Origin: Bradyrhizobium sp.
GTDB taxonomy: Bacteria > Pseudomonadota > Alphaproteobacteria > Rhizobiales > Xanthobacteraceae
Reading direction: 5' to 3'
Length of the DNA: 64,000 nt
Assembly (NCBI RefSeq): GCF_030693485.1
Contig: NZ_JAUYAN010000053.1
Coordinates: 1,258 to 65,257 of the forward strand
Translations under genes and position numbers: made by a program
Shown here: positions 46,747 through 56,034 of the stretch, piece by piece
How positions within the stretch are numbered: the stretch's first letter is position 1
Layout of the letters: every line of letters starts with the position of its first letter
The notes under the pieces: model-generated
What the model was told of the DNA's origin: nothing
The model's input: the letters and a program-made list of their open reading frames with translations, nothing else
Databases searched by the model: none

Positions 46747-47128
46747 CGGTATCGCCGGATTCACCCTGATCGAGGCCTTGGTGGCGCTGGCGATCATCGC
46801 CGCGGTGCTCTCCTCGATCGGCGCCGTGATTGCCACCACGGTGAAGGGGACGCGCTCGATCGACCAGCGGCTGGCGCTGGCCGGGGGCGCCGAGACGCTG
46901 CTCGCAGCCCTCCCGGCGCGCGATCTGCTGAAGCCCGGCCGGCAGTCCGGCGAACTGGCCGGCCATCGCTGGCGGATCGATGTCGCGCCGATGAATGTGC
47001 CCGACAGCAGCGGCGCGTCGCAGGCCAGGCGTTTCGTTCCGCTGGCCGTCAACATGCGGATGCAGGCGCCGGGCGGTCCGGCGATCCAGATCACCACCGT
47101 GCGGCTGGTGCCAAGGGCCGCCGAATGA
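46724..47128 (+). CDS. gspI: minor pseudopilin GspI
   Basis: MSRRRSSSGIAG|FTLIEALVALAI. Size of 134 aa. TTG start overlapping gspH. Confidence 0.65.
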   Translation: MSRRRSSSGIAGFTLIEALVALAIIAAVLSSIGAVIATTVKGTRSIDQRLALAGGAETLLAALPARDLLKPGRQSGELAGHRWRIDVAPMNVPDSSGASQARRFVPLAVNMRMQAPGGPAIQITTVRLVPRAAE

Positions 47129-47829
47129 TCGCGCTTCGCCGCCGCCGGCCAACAGGTGAAGCGGGCTTCACCCTGATCGAAGTCTTGATGGCGACGTTGC
47201 TGATGACGATCATCCTCGCCGCCCTGGCGACGGTGACGGCGCAGTGGCTGCCGAACTGGAACCGGGGAATGGCGCGGGTCCAGCGTGCCGAGCGGCTCGC
47301 GATGGGTCTCGACCGCATCGCGGCGGATCTGTCGGTCGCCGAGATGATTTCGCTCAACGGCGATGCCAGGGCGCCGCTGTTCGAAGGCTCGGAGCTGGCG
47401 GTGACCTTCGTGCGAACCGCCGTCGGTCCCAATGCGCGGCCCGGCCTCGAAATCGTCAGGCTGATCGAGAAGGCCGATAGCCAGGGCCTCGCGATGGTTC
47501 GCGAGCGCACACCGTTTGCGCCGATGCCGACCGACGCGCAGATCAGGTTCGCCGATCAGGTCGTGCTGGTCCGCGCGCCGTTTCGCATCACGTTTTCCTA
47601 TGCGGGCCCCGACCAGGTCTGGCAGCCGACCTGGCGCGGCCAGATGCAGCTTCCCGAAAAAATTCGCATCGCAGTGCGCGACGGCGGGACCGGCCAGGTG
47701 CTGAGGGTATCCACCGCGACCATCGTTCACGTCAGTGCGCCGGCGGAATGCGCGCGGGCAAAGAATGCCGTGGCATGCCTGAACGCGCGATTGAAACCGG
47801 ATGCTCAAAAGAAGGAGGAGCAGCTCTGA
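47125..47829 (+). CDS. gspJ: minor pseudopilin GspJ
   Basis: MIALRRRRPTGEAG|FTLIEVLMATLL. 234 aa. ATGA overlap with gspI. Confidence 0.65.
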   Translation: MIALRRRRPTGEAGFTLIEVLMATLLMTIILAALATVTAQWLPNWNRGMARVQRAERLAMGLDRIAADLSVAEMISLNGDARAPLFEGSELAVTFVRTAVGPNARPGLEIVRLIEKADSQGLAMVRERTPFAPMPTDAQIRFADQVVLVRAPFRITFSYAGPDQVWQPTWRGQMQLPEKIRIAVRDGGTGQVLRVSTATIVHVSAPAECARAKNAVACLNARLKPDAQKKEEQL

Positions 47830-47847
47830 CGGGCTGAACCGACCGGC

Positions 47848-48774
47848 ATGGGCATGAAACTCAGATTATCAGACCATCCGGGAGACGCGCGCGGCTTTAT
47901 CGTCGTCGCGGTGCTCTGGATTCTGGCGGCCCTTTCGGCGCTGGTCCTGATCTATCTGACCTATGTCACCAACACCGCCGTGGTGGTGGCCGGAAGCACC
48001 GACCGGATCCAGAGCGAGGCGATGGTGAGCGCCGGGGTCGAACTGGCGGCGTATCGGCTGGTGGATGTCAGTGAAGCCGTCCGTCCGACCAGCGGAACCT
48101 TCAATGCAAGGGTCGGCACGGGCCAGGTGTCCGTGACGTTCCGCTCCGAGGCCGCGCGCATCGACCTCAATGCGGCGCCGAAGGGGCTGCTTGCCAGGCT
48201 GATCGTCGGGCTCGGCGCCAGCGAAACCAATGCTGCAAGCTATGCCGACCGGATCCTGGCCTGGCGCGCGGCGACCGAGGCCGGCGACGACGATCCGGAG
48301 AATTCGTTCTATCGCACCATGGGCTCGGCCTATGTGCCGCGCCACGCGCCTTTTCCGGCGGCGGAGGAGCTGTGGCTGGTGCGCGGAATTCCGCCGCTGG
48401 TTGTCGAAAAGATGCTGCCCTTCGTCACCGTGTTCAGCAATCTGCCTTCGGTGAATATTCTCGACGCCGCACCCCAGGTGGTGGCGGCGCTGCCGGGCAT
48501 GACACCGGAAAACCTGCAGGCGGTGCTGGCGCAGCGCGGCGACCCGGCGCTGGATCCGCGGTCGCTGCTGGCCATCGCCGGGGGCGAGGGCGCGACCCTG
48601 GCCGGCGCCCGGGCTTACCGGATCACGGTCGGCGTCGAACTTGGCAATGGGCGGCGGAGCGGGGCGGAGGTCGTGATCCTGCTTCTCGACAGCGGCAACG
48701 AGCCTTATCGTGTATTGTCGTGGCGCAATGCCTCCGATGGCAGCACGGCGCCGCAAAGGGCCTCCCCGAGATGA
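47848..48774 (+). CDS. gspK: minor pseudopilin GspK
   Basis: Hydrophobic N-terminus without Glu5 (RGFIVVAVLWILAAL). ARIDLNAAP and AEELWLVRGIPP..MLPFVTVFS blocks are typical of GspK. Confidence 0.7.
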   Translation: MGMKLRLSDHPGDARGFIVVAVLWILAALSALVLIYLTYVTNTAVVVAGSTDRIQSEAMVSAGVELAAYRLVDVSEAVRPTSGTFNARVGTGQVSVTFRSEAARIDLNAAPKGLLARLIVGLGASETNAASYADRILAWRAATEAGDDDPENSFYRTMGSAYVPRHAPFPAAEELWLVRGIPPLVVEKMLPFVTVFSNLPSVNILDAAPQVVAALPGMTPENLQAVLAQRGDPALDPRSLLAIAGGEGATLAGARAYRITVGVELGNGRRSGAEVVILLLDSGNEPYRVLSWRNASDGSTAPQRASPR

Positions 48775-49823
48775 AGCTGTTCCAAACCATCGGCGCGATC
48801 CTCAATGCCTGGACCGGCAGCGTGGCTGCCGCGATCATTGCAGGCTTCGACCGCGTGGTATCGCCGCGCGTGGTCCGGCTGGTCGAGGACGACGATGGCG
48901 GATTCACGGTAGAGGCGGCGGCGAAATCCGACAATGCGCCGGCGCGCATCGGCTTTGCCGATGGAACGCTGTCGGCGCCCAACCTTGCGCCGCTGTTTCG
49001 GGGCAGCCGGGTCGAGATCGTGCTGCAGCCCAGGCGTTTCCTGTTCCGCCCGCTAGAACTGCCGGCGCGGGCGGCGGACTTTCTCGACGGCATCGTGCGC
49101 GCGCAGATCGACCGGCTGACGCCGTGGAGCGCCAGCGAGGCGGTGTTCGGCTGCAGCGCTCCGACCGAGAGCGGCCCCGAGAGCATCACCACGGTGATCG
49201 CGGCGACCACCCGCAAGGTGGCGATGGGGTATGTGCAGGCGGTGTCGGGTTTCCATCCCGCCGCCATCGCAGTTTGCACCGACGTCGCCGAACGCAATGC
49301 CGGCCGCGTCAAGGTTTTCGAGCAGAAGGCCCGCGGCCATCTCGACGCCGCGCGCCTCAGCCGCGTGTTGCTGCTCGTGCTCGGCGGCGTCGCCGCGGCT
49401 TCGCTGGTCTCGCTTGCGGTCGCGGCCTATATATCCGACAATCTTGCCACGCAGGAGAGCGTGCTGGCGCGGCAGATTTCAGCGCGTCGCGCCGCCATTC
49501 GCGCCGGCGGCGACGGCGGCGACCGCTCCCCGATCGCAGTGCTGGAGCGGCGCAAGCATGAGACGCCGGCCAGCGTGATCGTGCTCGAAGCGCTGAGCCA
49601 GGTTCTGCCCGACCACACTTTCGTCACCGAACTGCATCTGGCCGGCACAAAGTTGCAGATCGTCGGCATCACCCGCGATGCGCCGTCGCTGATCTCGCTG
49701 ATCGAGCAATCCGGGCACTTCACCCGTGCCACCTTCTATGCTCCGACCACCCGCCTGGCCTCCGATCCAGGTGAACGTTTCCATATCGAGACGCGGATCC
49801 AGCCGAAGAATACCAACCCATGA
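48771..49823 (+). CDS. gspL: GspL-like assembly protein (cytoplasmic domain + TM + PilN-like periplasmic domain)
   Basis: ATGA overlap with gspK. Single TM (VLLLVLGGVAAASLVSLAVAAYI). C-terminal VLEALSQVLPDHTFVTELHLAGTKLQIVGIT is PilN/GspL-like. Confidence 0.6.
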   Translation: MKLFQTIGAILNAWTGSVAAAIIAGFDRVVSPRVVRLVEDDDGGFTVEAAAKSDNAPARIGFADGTLSAPNLAPLFRGSRVEIVLQPRRFLFRPLELPARAADFLDGIVRAQIDRLTPWSASEAVFGCSAPTESGPESITTVIAATTRKVAMGYVQAVSGFHPAAIAVCTDVAERNAGRVKVFEQKARGHLDAARLSRVLLLVLGGVAAASLVSLAVAAYISDNLATQESVLARQISARRAAIRAGGDGGDRSPIAVLERRKHETPASVIVLEALSQVLPDHTFVTELHLAGTKLQIVGITRDAPSLISLIEQSGHFTRATFYAPTTRLASDPGERFHIETRIQPKNTNP

Positions 49824-50380
49824 CCGCAGGCCAGACCATCACGCGCACGCTGACGCATTCGCCGCTGATAGCAGTGGTGCTCTATGTCGCCGTCGTCGGC
49901 GGACTGCTCGCCACCGCCGGCTTCGCGATCGCCGACATCGTCAGCCAGCAGCGGGCGCTGGCGCAGACCGCCGACCTGCTCGACCAGTTGCAGGGCCGCA
50001 AGCAGCGCAGCGGCGGCGCGTCTTCGGCGCAGCGTCCGGGCACGCCGTTTCTGGAGGGGCCGACGGTGACGGTGGCCGGCGCGACGCTGCTGCAGCGGGT
50101 CGCCACCGCGGTCGGCAATGTCGGCGGCACCATCCAGTCGTCGCAGGTCGACGTGCTGGGCACCCAGGCCAAGGACGGTTTCGTCGGCCTGGTGGTCAGT
50201 TGCGAGATGGAGCAGCCTGCCTTGCAGAAGCTGCTCTACGATCTCGAGGTCGGCATGCCGTTCCTGTTCATCGATCAGCTCGACGTCCAGGTGCCGCAGG
50301 CCACGGCGCTGGCTGAAGGCGGCACGGGGCGGATCAGGGTCGTGCTCGGCATTTCCGGCCAATGGCAGGGCGGCAAGTAG
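49820..50380 (+). CDS. gspM: GspM-like (PilO-like) assembly protein
   Basis: ATGA overlap with gspL. N-terminal TM followed by a ferredoxin-like periplasmic domain (LLYDLEVGMPFLFIDQLDV). Confidence 0.6.
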   Translation: MTAGQTITRTLTHSPLIAVVLYVAVVGGLLATAGFAIADIVSQQRALAQTADLLDQLQGRKQRSGGASSAQRPGTPFLEGPTVTVAGATLLQRVATAVGNVGGTIQSSQVDVLGTQAKDGFVGLVVSCEMEQPALQKLLYDLEVGMPFLFIDQLDVQVPQATALAEGGTGRIRVVLGISGQWQGGK

Positions 50381-50398
50381 AATACGAGGATGCTATTG

Positions 50399-50453
50399 CC
50401 TCCTCCCTCCACGCGCTATTTGCGGGTGGCGGGGAGTGGTTCGCGGGAGGAGG
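50399..50453. terminator. long imperfect hairpin between convergent gspM and autotransporter genes
   Basis: CCTCCTCCC (50399-50407) pairs with GGGAGGAGG (50445-50453). Inner pairing CCACGC..GCGGGTGG. Confidence 0.45.
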
Positions 50454-50474
50454 GGAGAGAAACGGCGCGCGATC

Positions 50475-53153
50475 TCACCACGTGTATCTGGCGACGCCCT
50501 TGCCGGCATAGCTCGCGACATTGCCGGAGAATTCGCCCTCGAACGTCGCCATCAGCGAGAATCCGCTCAGCCACTTCATCTCGGCGCCGGCGCTGACCAG
50601 CGCCGCATCGGGATTGCCGCGGGCGCCGTTCACCACGAAGTTCGCACCCGGCAGCGACTGGAACTCGGCGGTCACTGCGCGGTCGGGATTGTAGTCATGA
50701 GCCCAGGCGGCGCGGCCGCGCAGCGTCAGCACCGCGTCCCGCATCGCGATTGATTTATCGCCGCGCAGGCCGAGTTCGGTGCGGGTCGCGGTCGTGGTCT
50801 GCGAGGCGTAGTTCAGCGCGAACTGGCCGTTGCCGACCAGCGACTGCTCGGCATAGCCCGGCAGATTGAAGCTGATCGCCTGCGCCGCGGCGTAGGGCGT
50901 GATGCCGATGAAAGGCGTCGCGAAGCGATAGCCGCCCTCGAACCGGGCCGAAAAGGTCTCGGCCCTGAAACGGCCCTGCAACTGGTCGACGCCGGCCAGC
51001 GCCACCGTGCGGTTGGTGGTGACGTCGTGCCAGCCATAGGCCAGCGCCGCCGAAATGTAGGCCGGGCCGAAACTGTGCCGGCCGAAGGTGCCGGCCTGGA
51101 ACAGGTCGGATGAACCGCGGCCCATGGCATTGGCCAGCGAATAATTGGTGCCGCCGCCGGCGAGCGCGAAGCCGAGCAGGGTGTTCGGCGTGACCTTGTA
51201 GTCCGCGCCGCCCACGACGCCATAGACGCGCGACGTGGTGTCCTGCGATCCGACGCTGGTGTTGCCGCCGGTGGTGGCGGAACCGCCATAGGCGGCGCCC
51301 CAGACGCTCCAGCGATTGGCAGATTGCGCCGCCAGCAGGCCCGGCGCCTTCTTCGCCATTGCATAGGCGGCGCGCTCGCCGGGCGTCGCCCGGCGCTTCG
51401 CGCCATAGGCCAGCGCCTCTTCGTCGGCGAATGGCGAGGCGCCGCCGCCGGTTGCAAAACCGCCGGCGCGGCCGGCAACCGCGGGGTCGAGCAGCAAGTT
51501 GAGGAACAGATCGTCCGCCCTGATCGCGGACTGGATGATGCCGGTGCCGAGCTCGCCCGAGGCGATCGTCAGGCCCGCGGCATCGAGCGCGGCAAACTCG
51601 ATCGGAATACCGCCGGTGCGGTTGAAGAAGCCGGTCAGCGCATTGGCGACGTTCTGCTGGTTGGCGTTGAGGCTGCCCCCCGGCGGCGTCGCGAAAATCA
51701 GCTCGATGTTCAAAAACGCATTGTTGGCGTCGTAGCTGAGGGTCGATTGGATGTTCGCCGTGTTGGAGGTGACGGCCGGATTGAACGTTCCGCCGACGCC
51801 GCCGGTGGCGTTGACGATGACATACTGCCGGTCGACATAGCTGCCGGGCTGGAACGTCGCGTTCACCGTGGCGCCGCCGAGGGTCGCAACGCCCGATACG
51901 TTGGTGCGGCCGGCATTGGCAGGCGAAATCTGGATCATGTAGGTCGAAGCCGCCGTGAACGAGAGGTCACCCTGCACGGTCAGCGGACCGAATGCGCTGC
52001 CGCCGGCGCTGCCGGGCGCCAGCGTGCCACCGATAATCGCGGCGTTACCGACGATGCCGCTGCCGCCGAGCGTGCCCCCGGCGTTCACGGTGGTGAGCGA
52101 GGACAGGGCCGTCGAGCCATCGACGATCAGCGCGCCGCCATTCACTGTGGTCGCGCCGGTATAGAGGTTGGTATTCGACAGGATCAGCGTGCCTGGACCG
52201 GCGATAGACAGTGTTCCGCCGCCGCTGATCAGGCCGCTGGCGGTGATGGTATTACTGTTCGCGAATATCAGGGAGCCGTTGTTGATGAAGCTGGCGGTGC
52301 CCGCCGTGCTGGTGTCGTGGAACGTGACGACGCCGCCGACAGCATTGTTGATCGTTGCGCTTCCGGCGCTGGACGAATTGAAGAAATCGAGGGTCGCGCC
52401 GAGGGCATTGGTGATATTGGCGCTGCCGGCCGAACTCGAATTGAGGAACTGTATCGTTCCGTCATTGCCGATGGTGGATGTGCCGGCCGTGCTGGTGGTG
52501 TTGAACGCGATGGTGCCCGATGCGTTGTTGGTGATGCCTGCGGAGCCTGCCGTACTCGCATCCTGGAAATTGACCACGGCGTTGTTGGTGATCGTCGCGG
52601 TCGCTGCCGTGCTGGTCCCGTTGAACTCCAGGCTGCCGTTGTTGGTGAAGGTGGCGGCGCCGGCCGTGCTGGTGTCCTGAAACGAGATGCTGCCGCTGTT
52701 GTTGTAGGTGACCAGCCCGGGTCCGGCGCTGGCCGAACTGTTGTTCTGGAAGTTCAGCGATGAAAAAATATTGAACGTCTGCGTGGCGGCGCTGTTGTTG
52801 GTGACGCCGGTGCCGTTGAAAAGGAACAAATCGTTGATGTTGATAGTGTAGGCCGGCGCGGTGCCAGTGAAGCTGGCGGCGCCGATATTGACGAGACCGT
52901 TAACGTCGACCGTCGCCGAGGCGCCATTGTTGGTGAAGGTGGCGGTGCCATCCGGCAGGTCCGGATTGGAGGTCCAGTTGGCGGGATCGAACCATTCGGT
53001 AGGGGTGCCGGAATTACCCAGCCAGGTGCCATCGACCGCATGCGCCGACACGACTCCGAGCGCCGAGGTCGCGAGCAGTATCGCCAGGGAATGCCTCAGA
53101 CCCGATCGCGGCCGGTGTCCGGTGTTAATCGAGCGGATTGTCGTACCAGCCAT
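50475..53153 (-). CDS. autotransporter (type Va) outer-membrane protein
   Basis: ATG at 53153 (MAGTTIRS... signal ...VVSAHA). Passenger has ~20-aa TSTAG/SSSAG repeats and a PATR-like GTLILSNTNLYTGATTVNGGALIVDGS. C-terminal ~280-aa beta-barrel ends ARYTW. Confidence 0.85.
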   Translation of the reverse strand: MAGTTIRSINTGHRPRSGLRHSLAILLATSALGVVSAHAVDGTWLGNSGTPTEWFDPANWTSNPDLPDGTATFTNNGASATVDVNGLVNIGAASFTGTAPAYTININDLFLFNGTGVTNNSAATQTFNIFSSLNFQNNSSASAGPGLVTYNNSGSISFQDTSTAGAATFTNNGSLEFNGTSTAATATITNNAVVNFQDASTAGSAGITNNASGTIAFNTTSTAGTSTIGNDGTIQFLNSSSAGSANITNALGATLDFFNSSSAGSATINNAVGGVVTFHDTSTAGTASFINNGSLIFANSNTITASGLISGGGTLSIAGPGTLILSNTNLYTGATTVNGGALIVDGSTALSSLTTVNAGGTLGGSGIVGNAAIIGGTLAPGSAGGSAFGPLTVQGDLSFTAASTYMIQISPANAGRTNVSGVATLGGATVNATFQPGSYVDRQYVIVNATGGVGGTFNPAVTSNTANIQSTLSYDANNAFLNIELIFATPPGGSLNANQQNVANALTGFFNRTGGIPIEFAALDAAGLTIASGELGTGIIQSAIRADDLFLNLLLDPAVAGRAGGFATGGGASPFADEEALAYGAKRRATPGERAAYAMAKKAPGLLAAQSANRWSVWGAAYGGSATTGGNTSVGSQDTTSRVYGVVGGADYKVTPNTLLGFALAGGGTNYSLANAMGRGSSDLFQAGTFGRHSFGPAYISAALAYGWHDVTTNRTVALAGVDQLQGRFRAETFSARFEGGYRFATPFIGITPYAAAQAISFNLPGYAEQSLVGNGQFALNYASQTTTATRTELGLRGDKSIAMRDAVLTLRGRAAWAHDYNPDRAVTAEFQSLPGANFVVNGARGNPDAALVSAGAEMKWLSGFSLMATFEGEFSGNVASYAGKGVARYTW

Positions 53154-53547
53154 GGCGCCTTCGATTCTTGTGATCCGCTGATCGCGAGATTTCGGGAATT
53201 GGCCAGGCTTCCGGCCAATCCTCGAACAAGTTCCCTGCGACCGCGAATTCCACCACATTCCCACGCGTTCAAGGAGGCATGCAACGAACCCTTGCCGCTC
53301 TTGCCGCCAGACCGTGCCTGTCCCGTTCGGTATTTTCGGAGCGTTGCCATTGGGCAACATTCGGGAGCCGAAATCGGCTCGCAAGTTCCCAGAAGCCACG
53401 GCCTTTTTGACCCTCGCAGGAGCTCCCCAACCCGACATGATGGCCTCGATTCGCATCAGGTTGATGGGCGCGCGCGATGCGGATAGGTTGAAGGCCATCC
53501 GGCGCCGCGTCTGCTTTTGCGGCCCGGCGTCCGGCAGCAGGACTGAC

Positions 53548-54213
53548 ATGGTCAGGTGGTCCAAAAATCTCGGTCTGGCACTGCTGCCCGGTGGGCTGCT
53601 GTTGCTCGCGCTGATACCGGCGCCGCACGCGGCGACCTCGTCGACGGTGGATATCCTCTCCAATGACGCGACCGATGCTCGCGATGCCGTGGATATGGGC
53701 AGCGTAAAGCCGCTGGCGGCCCGGGAGCGCGGCAAACCCCTGCCGAGCGGAAACCCGTTGTGGTCAGTGCCGCTTTCGGCGCTGACGGCTACCCAGGAAC
53801 GTCCGATTTTCTCGGCCTCCCGGCGCCCGGCGCAGAGCGCGGTGGTGGCGCCGTTCGAGGAGCAGTCCAACGCTCCCGCTCCGCAGAAGGCGGCGGAGGA
53901 ACGCCAGCCGCTGGCGCTGATCGGCGCTGTCGTCGGCGACAGTGACGCCATTGCGGTTTTCTTCGACCGTTCCAACCAGAAAATTGTCCGCCTGCGGCAG
54001 GGCGACAGCCATGCCGGCTGGGTGCTGGACTCGGTGCAGGCGCGGGAAGTGACGCTGAAGAAGGCCGACCGCACTGAAATTCTCGGGATCAAGAGCGGGG
54101 AAGGGCCGCCCGCCCTGCCGGCGCCTACGGCGATCGGCGCCGGCCCGATCGATGCATCCGCGCCCTTTGTGCCCCGCTCGACACCGAAGAACGGCGAGCA
54201 CGACGGGCTCTGA
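53548..54213 (+). CDS. GspC-like protein (TM anchor + HR/PilP-like domain, no PDZ)
   Basis: MVRWSKNLGLALLPGGLLLLALI anchor. PLALIGAVVGDSDAIAVFFDRSNQKIVRLRQGDSHAGWVLDSVQAREVTLKK resembles the GspC HR domain. Confidence 0.45.
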   Translation: MVRWSKNLGLALLPGGLLLLALIPAPHAATSSTVDILSNDATDARDAVDMGSVKPLAARERGKPLPSGNPLWSVPLSALTATQERPIFSASRRPAQSAVVAPFEEQSNAPAPQKAAEERQPLALIGAVVGDSDAIAVFFDRSNQKIVRLRQGDSHAGWVLDSVQAREVTLKKADRTEILGIKSGEGPPALPAPTAIGAGPIDASAPFVPRSTPKNGEHDGL

Positions 54214-54310
54214 CATCAGTCGGGGCCCTCCACAGCCTCCCTGCCGACCCATCTGAATTAACCGCTGCCCACCGGCGCCCCCGGGGCATGCTTGCGACGG
54301 ATCAGAGATT

Positions 54311-55885
54311 GTGGCCTTGATCCAGGTTCCGCTGGTGGACGCGACGATAAGGGAGGCCTTGGTGAGCGTTTCGGGCCGCGCGCGAAGGCTGGTTGGAGGC
54401 TGGTCCGCGAATCTTGTTCAGTTAGGGCTCGGGGTTACTCAGCAGGTCGCGCTGATCCCGGTGTTCCTGCATTTTTGGACCAGCGACGTGCTCGCGGCGT
54501 GGCTCGCGATCTATGCGGCGGGCAATCTCATTCTGGTCGCGGATGCCGGCCTTCAATTCCGCACGCTCAACAGATTCTTCTCGTTCAGGTCGACCGTCGA
54601 CAGCAATGGCCGCACCGCCCGCTACTATGCCGCGATGCTGCGAATCTATTTCGTCCTGGCAGGTCTGCTGATCGTGGTTGTGCTGGCCGGAGCGCAGTTC
54701 TTGCGTCCTTCGGATCTGCTGGGATTCAAGGCGACGCCGGACTTCGATGAGGCCTTCATCGTCATGATCGTCGGCACGCTGCTGGTGTTGCCTTCCAATC
54801 TGGCATCGGGGCTGTATCGCGCGCGTGGCTTCTATGGCCGCGCGGTGTGGCTGCAGTGCGCGGGGATGCTGATTGCGCAGCTGGCGCAACTCGTTGCCGT
54901 GATAACGACGGGAAGCCTGCTGGCCGTCACCATTGCCTTTGTGGCCACCCAGCTCCTGGTCCAGATCTATGTCGTGGCGATCGATGCGCGTCGGCTGTTT
55001 CCGTTCCTGCGCGAGGTACGCGTGCGCGTGCGATTGTCCTGGCGCTGGATCGCCGGCCAGTTTCGCCGGGCATCTCCGTTCGCCATCGCAGGTGGCACCG
55101 AGATCGCGCTGCTGAATCTGCCGGTGCTGCTGGTCAGCGCCCTGGTCGTCGACCGCGTCGCCGTCGCCCAATGGGGCCTGACTCGTGTCGTGGCCGGGCT
55201 GCTGCGGGCGCTGTGCACCCAGGCGACGCTGCCGCTCGCCGCTGAACTCGGTCACGATCATGCGGTCGGCGACAAGGAACGGCTGCAACATTTGTATGCC
55301 AGGGGATCGGTGTTCGTGACGCTGCTGGCGAGTGTCGTCATTTCCGGGCTGCTGCCGTTCTGGCCGGATTTCTTCGCGCTGTGGACCCATGGGTCGATTC
55401 CCTACGATCCCGTGCTGACGATCACGCTGCTGATCGGCACCGGCGTCATCGCGCCTTCGATCCTGGCGCTGGGGTTGGCCAATTACAGCAACCGCGGTGA
55501 ACTGCTGGCGCGAACCAAGGGCTTGCAGCTGGCGGCTTTCCTTATCCTGGCGGTCGTGCTGACGCCGCCGATGGGTCCGCTGGGAACCGCCATCGCGATT
55601 GTCGCAAGCGATGTGCTGGTTCAGTTCGGATTGCTGGCAGTCGTTGTCCTCAAGCAGACGCTGCAGAGGCCGGTTCGGCACGTCGCCTTTCTGGCTTTGC
55701 TGATGATGGTCGTTACGCTGGGTGGATGGGGATTGGGGATAGTCATCCGGTCGTTTGCGCCCGGGGCCGGGCTGACGCGGTTTGCATTCGAATGCACGCT
55801 CTGGCTGATCGTTGTTGCCTTGCTGGCGTCGCCATTGGCGAGCCGGACACTGCGCGACAGGCTGTCGGCCGCCATCCCGCGCTAG
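54311..55885 (+). CDS. polysaccharide/O-antigen flippase (MOP/Wzx-like)
   Basis: About 12-14 hydrophobic helices throughout. Size and context fit Wzx-type transporters. GTG start; alternative starts downstream. Confidence 0.65.
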   Translation: MALIQVPLVDATIREALVSVSGRARRLVGGWSANLVQLGLGVTQQVALIPVFLHFWTSDVLAAWLAIYAAGNLILVADAGLQFRTLNRFFSFRSTVDSNGRTARYYAAMLRIYFVLAGLLIVVVLAGAQFLRPSDLLGFKATPDFDEAFIVMIVGTLLVLPSNLASGLYRARGFYGRAVWLQCAGMLIAQLAQLVAVITTGSLLAVTIAFVATQLLVQIYVVAIDARRLFPFLREVRVRVRLSWRWIAGQFRRASPFAIAGGTEIALLNLPVLLVSALVVDRVAVAQWGLTRVVAGLLRALCTQATLPLAAELGHDHAVGDKERLQHLYARGSVFVTLLASVVISGLLPFWPDFFALWTHGSIPYDPVLTITLLIGTGVIAPSILALGLANYSNRGELLARTKGLQLAAFLILAVVLTPPMGPLGTAIAIVASDVLVQFGLLAVVVLKQTLQRPVRHVAFLALLMMVVTLGGWGLGIVIRSFAPGAGLTRFAFECTLWLIVVALLASPLASRTLRDRLSAAIPR

Positions 55886-56034
55886 CAGCGCCGGCCGCCG
55901 GGTCTGCTCCAGTCAGGCCTTGCCTCTCGTGGAAATGGGTGGCATTCCCTCGCCTGTATCAAGGGCTTAAGAGCTTGTCAGTCCGGCGCGCCGGGTGATT
56001 ATCGGCGCCGCAAACGGCTAATGGCGAGGTGAGA

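Noticed and set aside
42960-47808. Long minus-strand ORFs across gspE-gspJ (42960-43982, 43496-44389, 44581-45549, 45672-46406, 46216-47808)
   Set aside because: All are antisense to motif-bearing gsp genes and have skewed Arg/Gly/Ala composition.
51324-52763. 479-aa plus-strand ORF
   Set aside because: Antisense to the autotransporter passenger repeats. Arg/Gly/Ala-rich.
53154-54092. 313-codon N-terminal extension of the autotransporter ORF in the track
   Set aside because: The extension is non-protein-like and overlaps the GspC-like gene on the other strand. A signal-peptide-bearing start with a GAAGG RBS exists at 53153.
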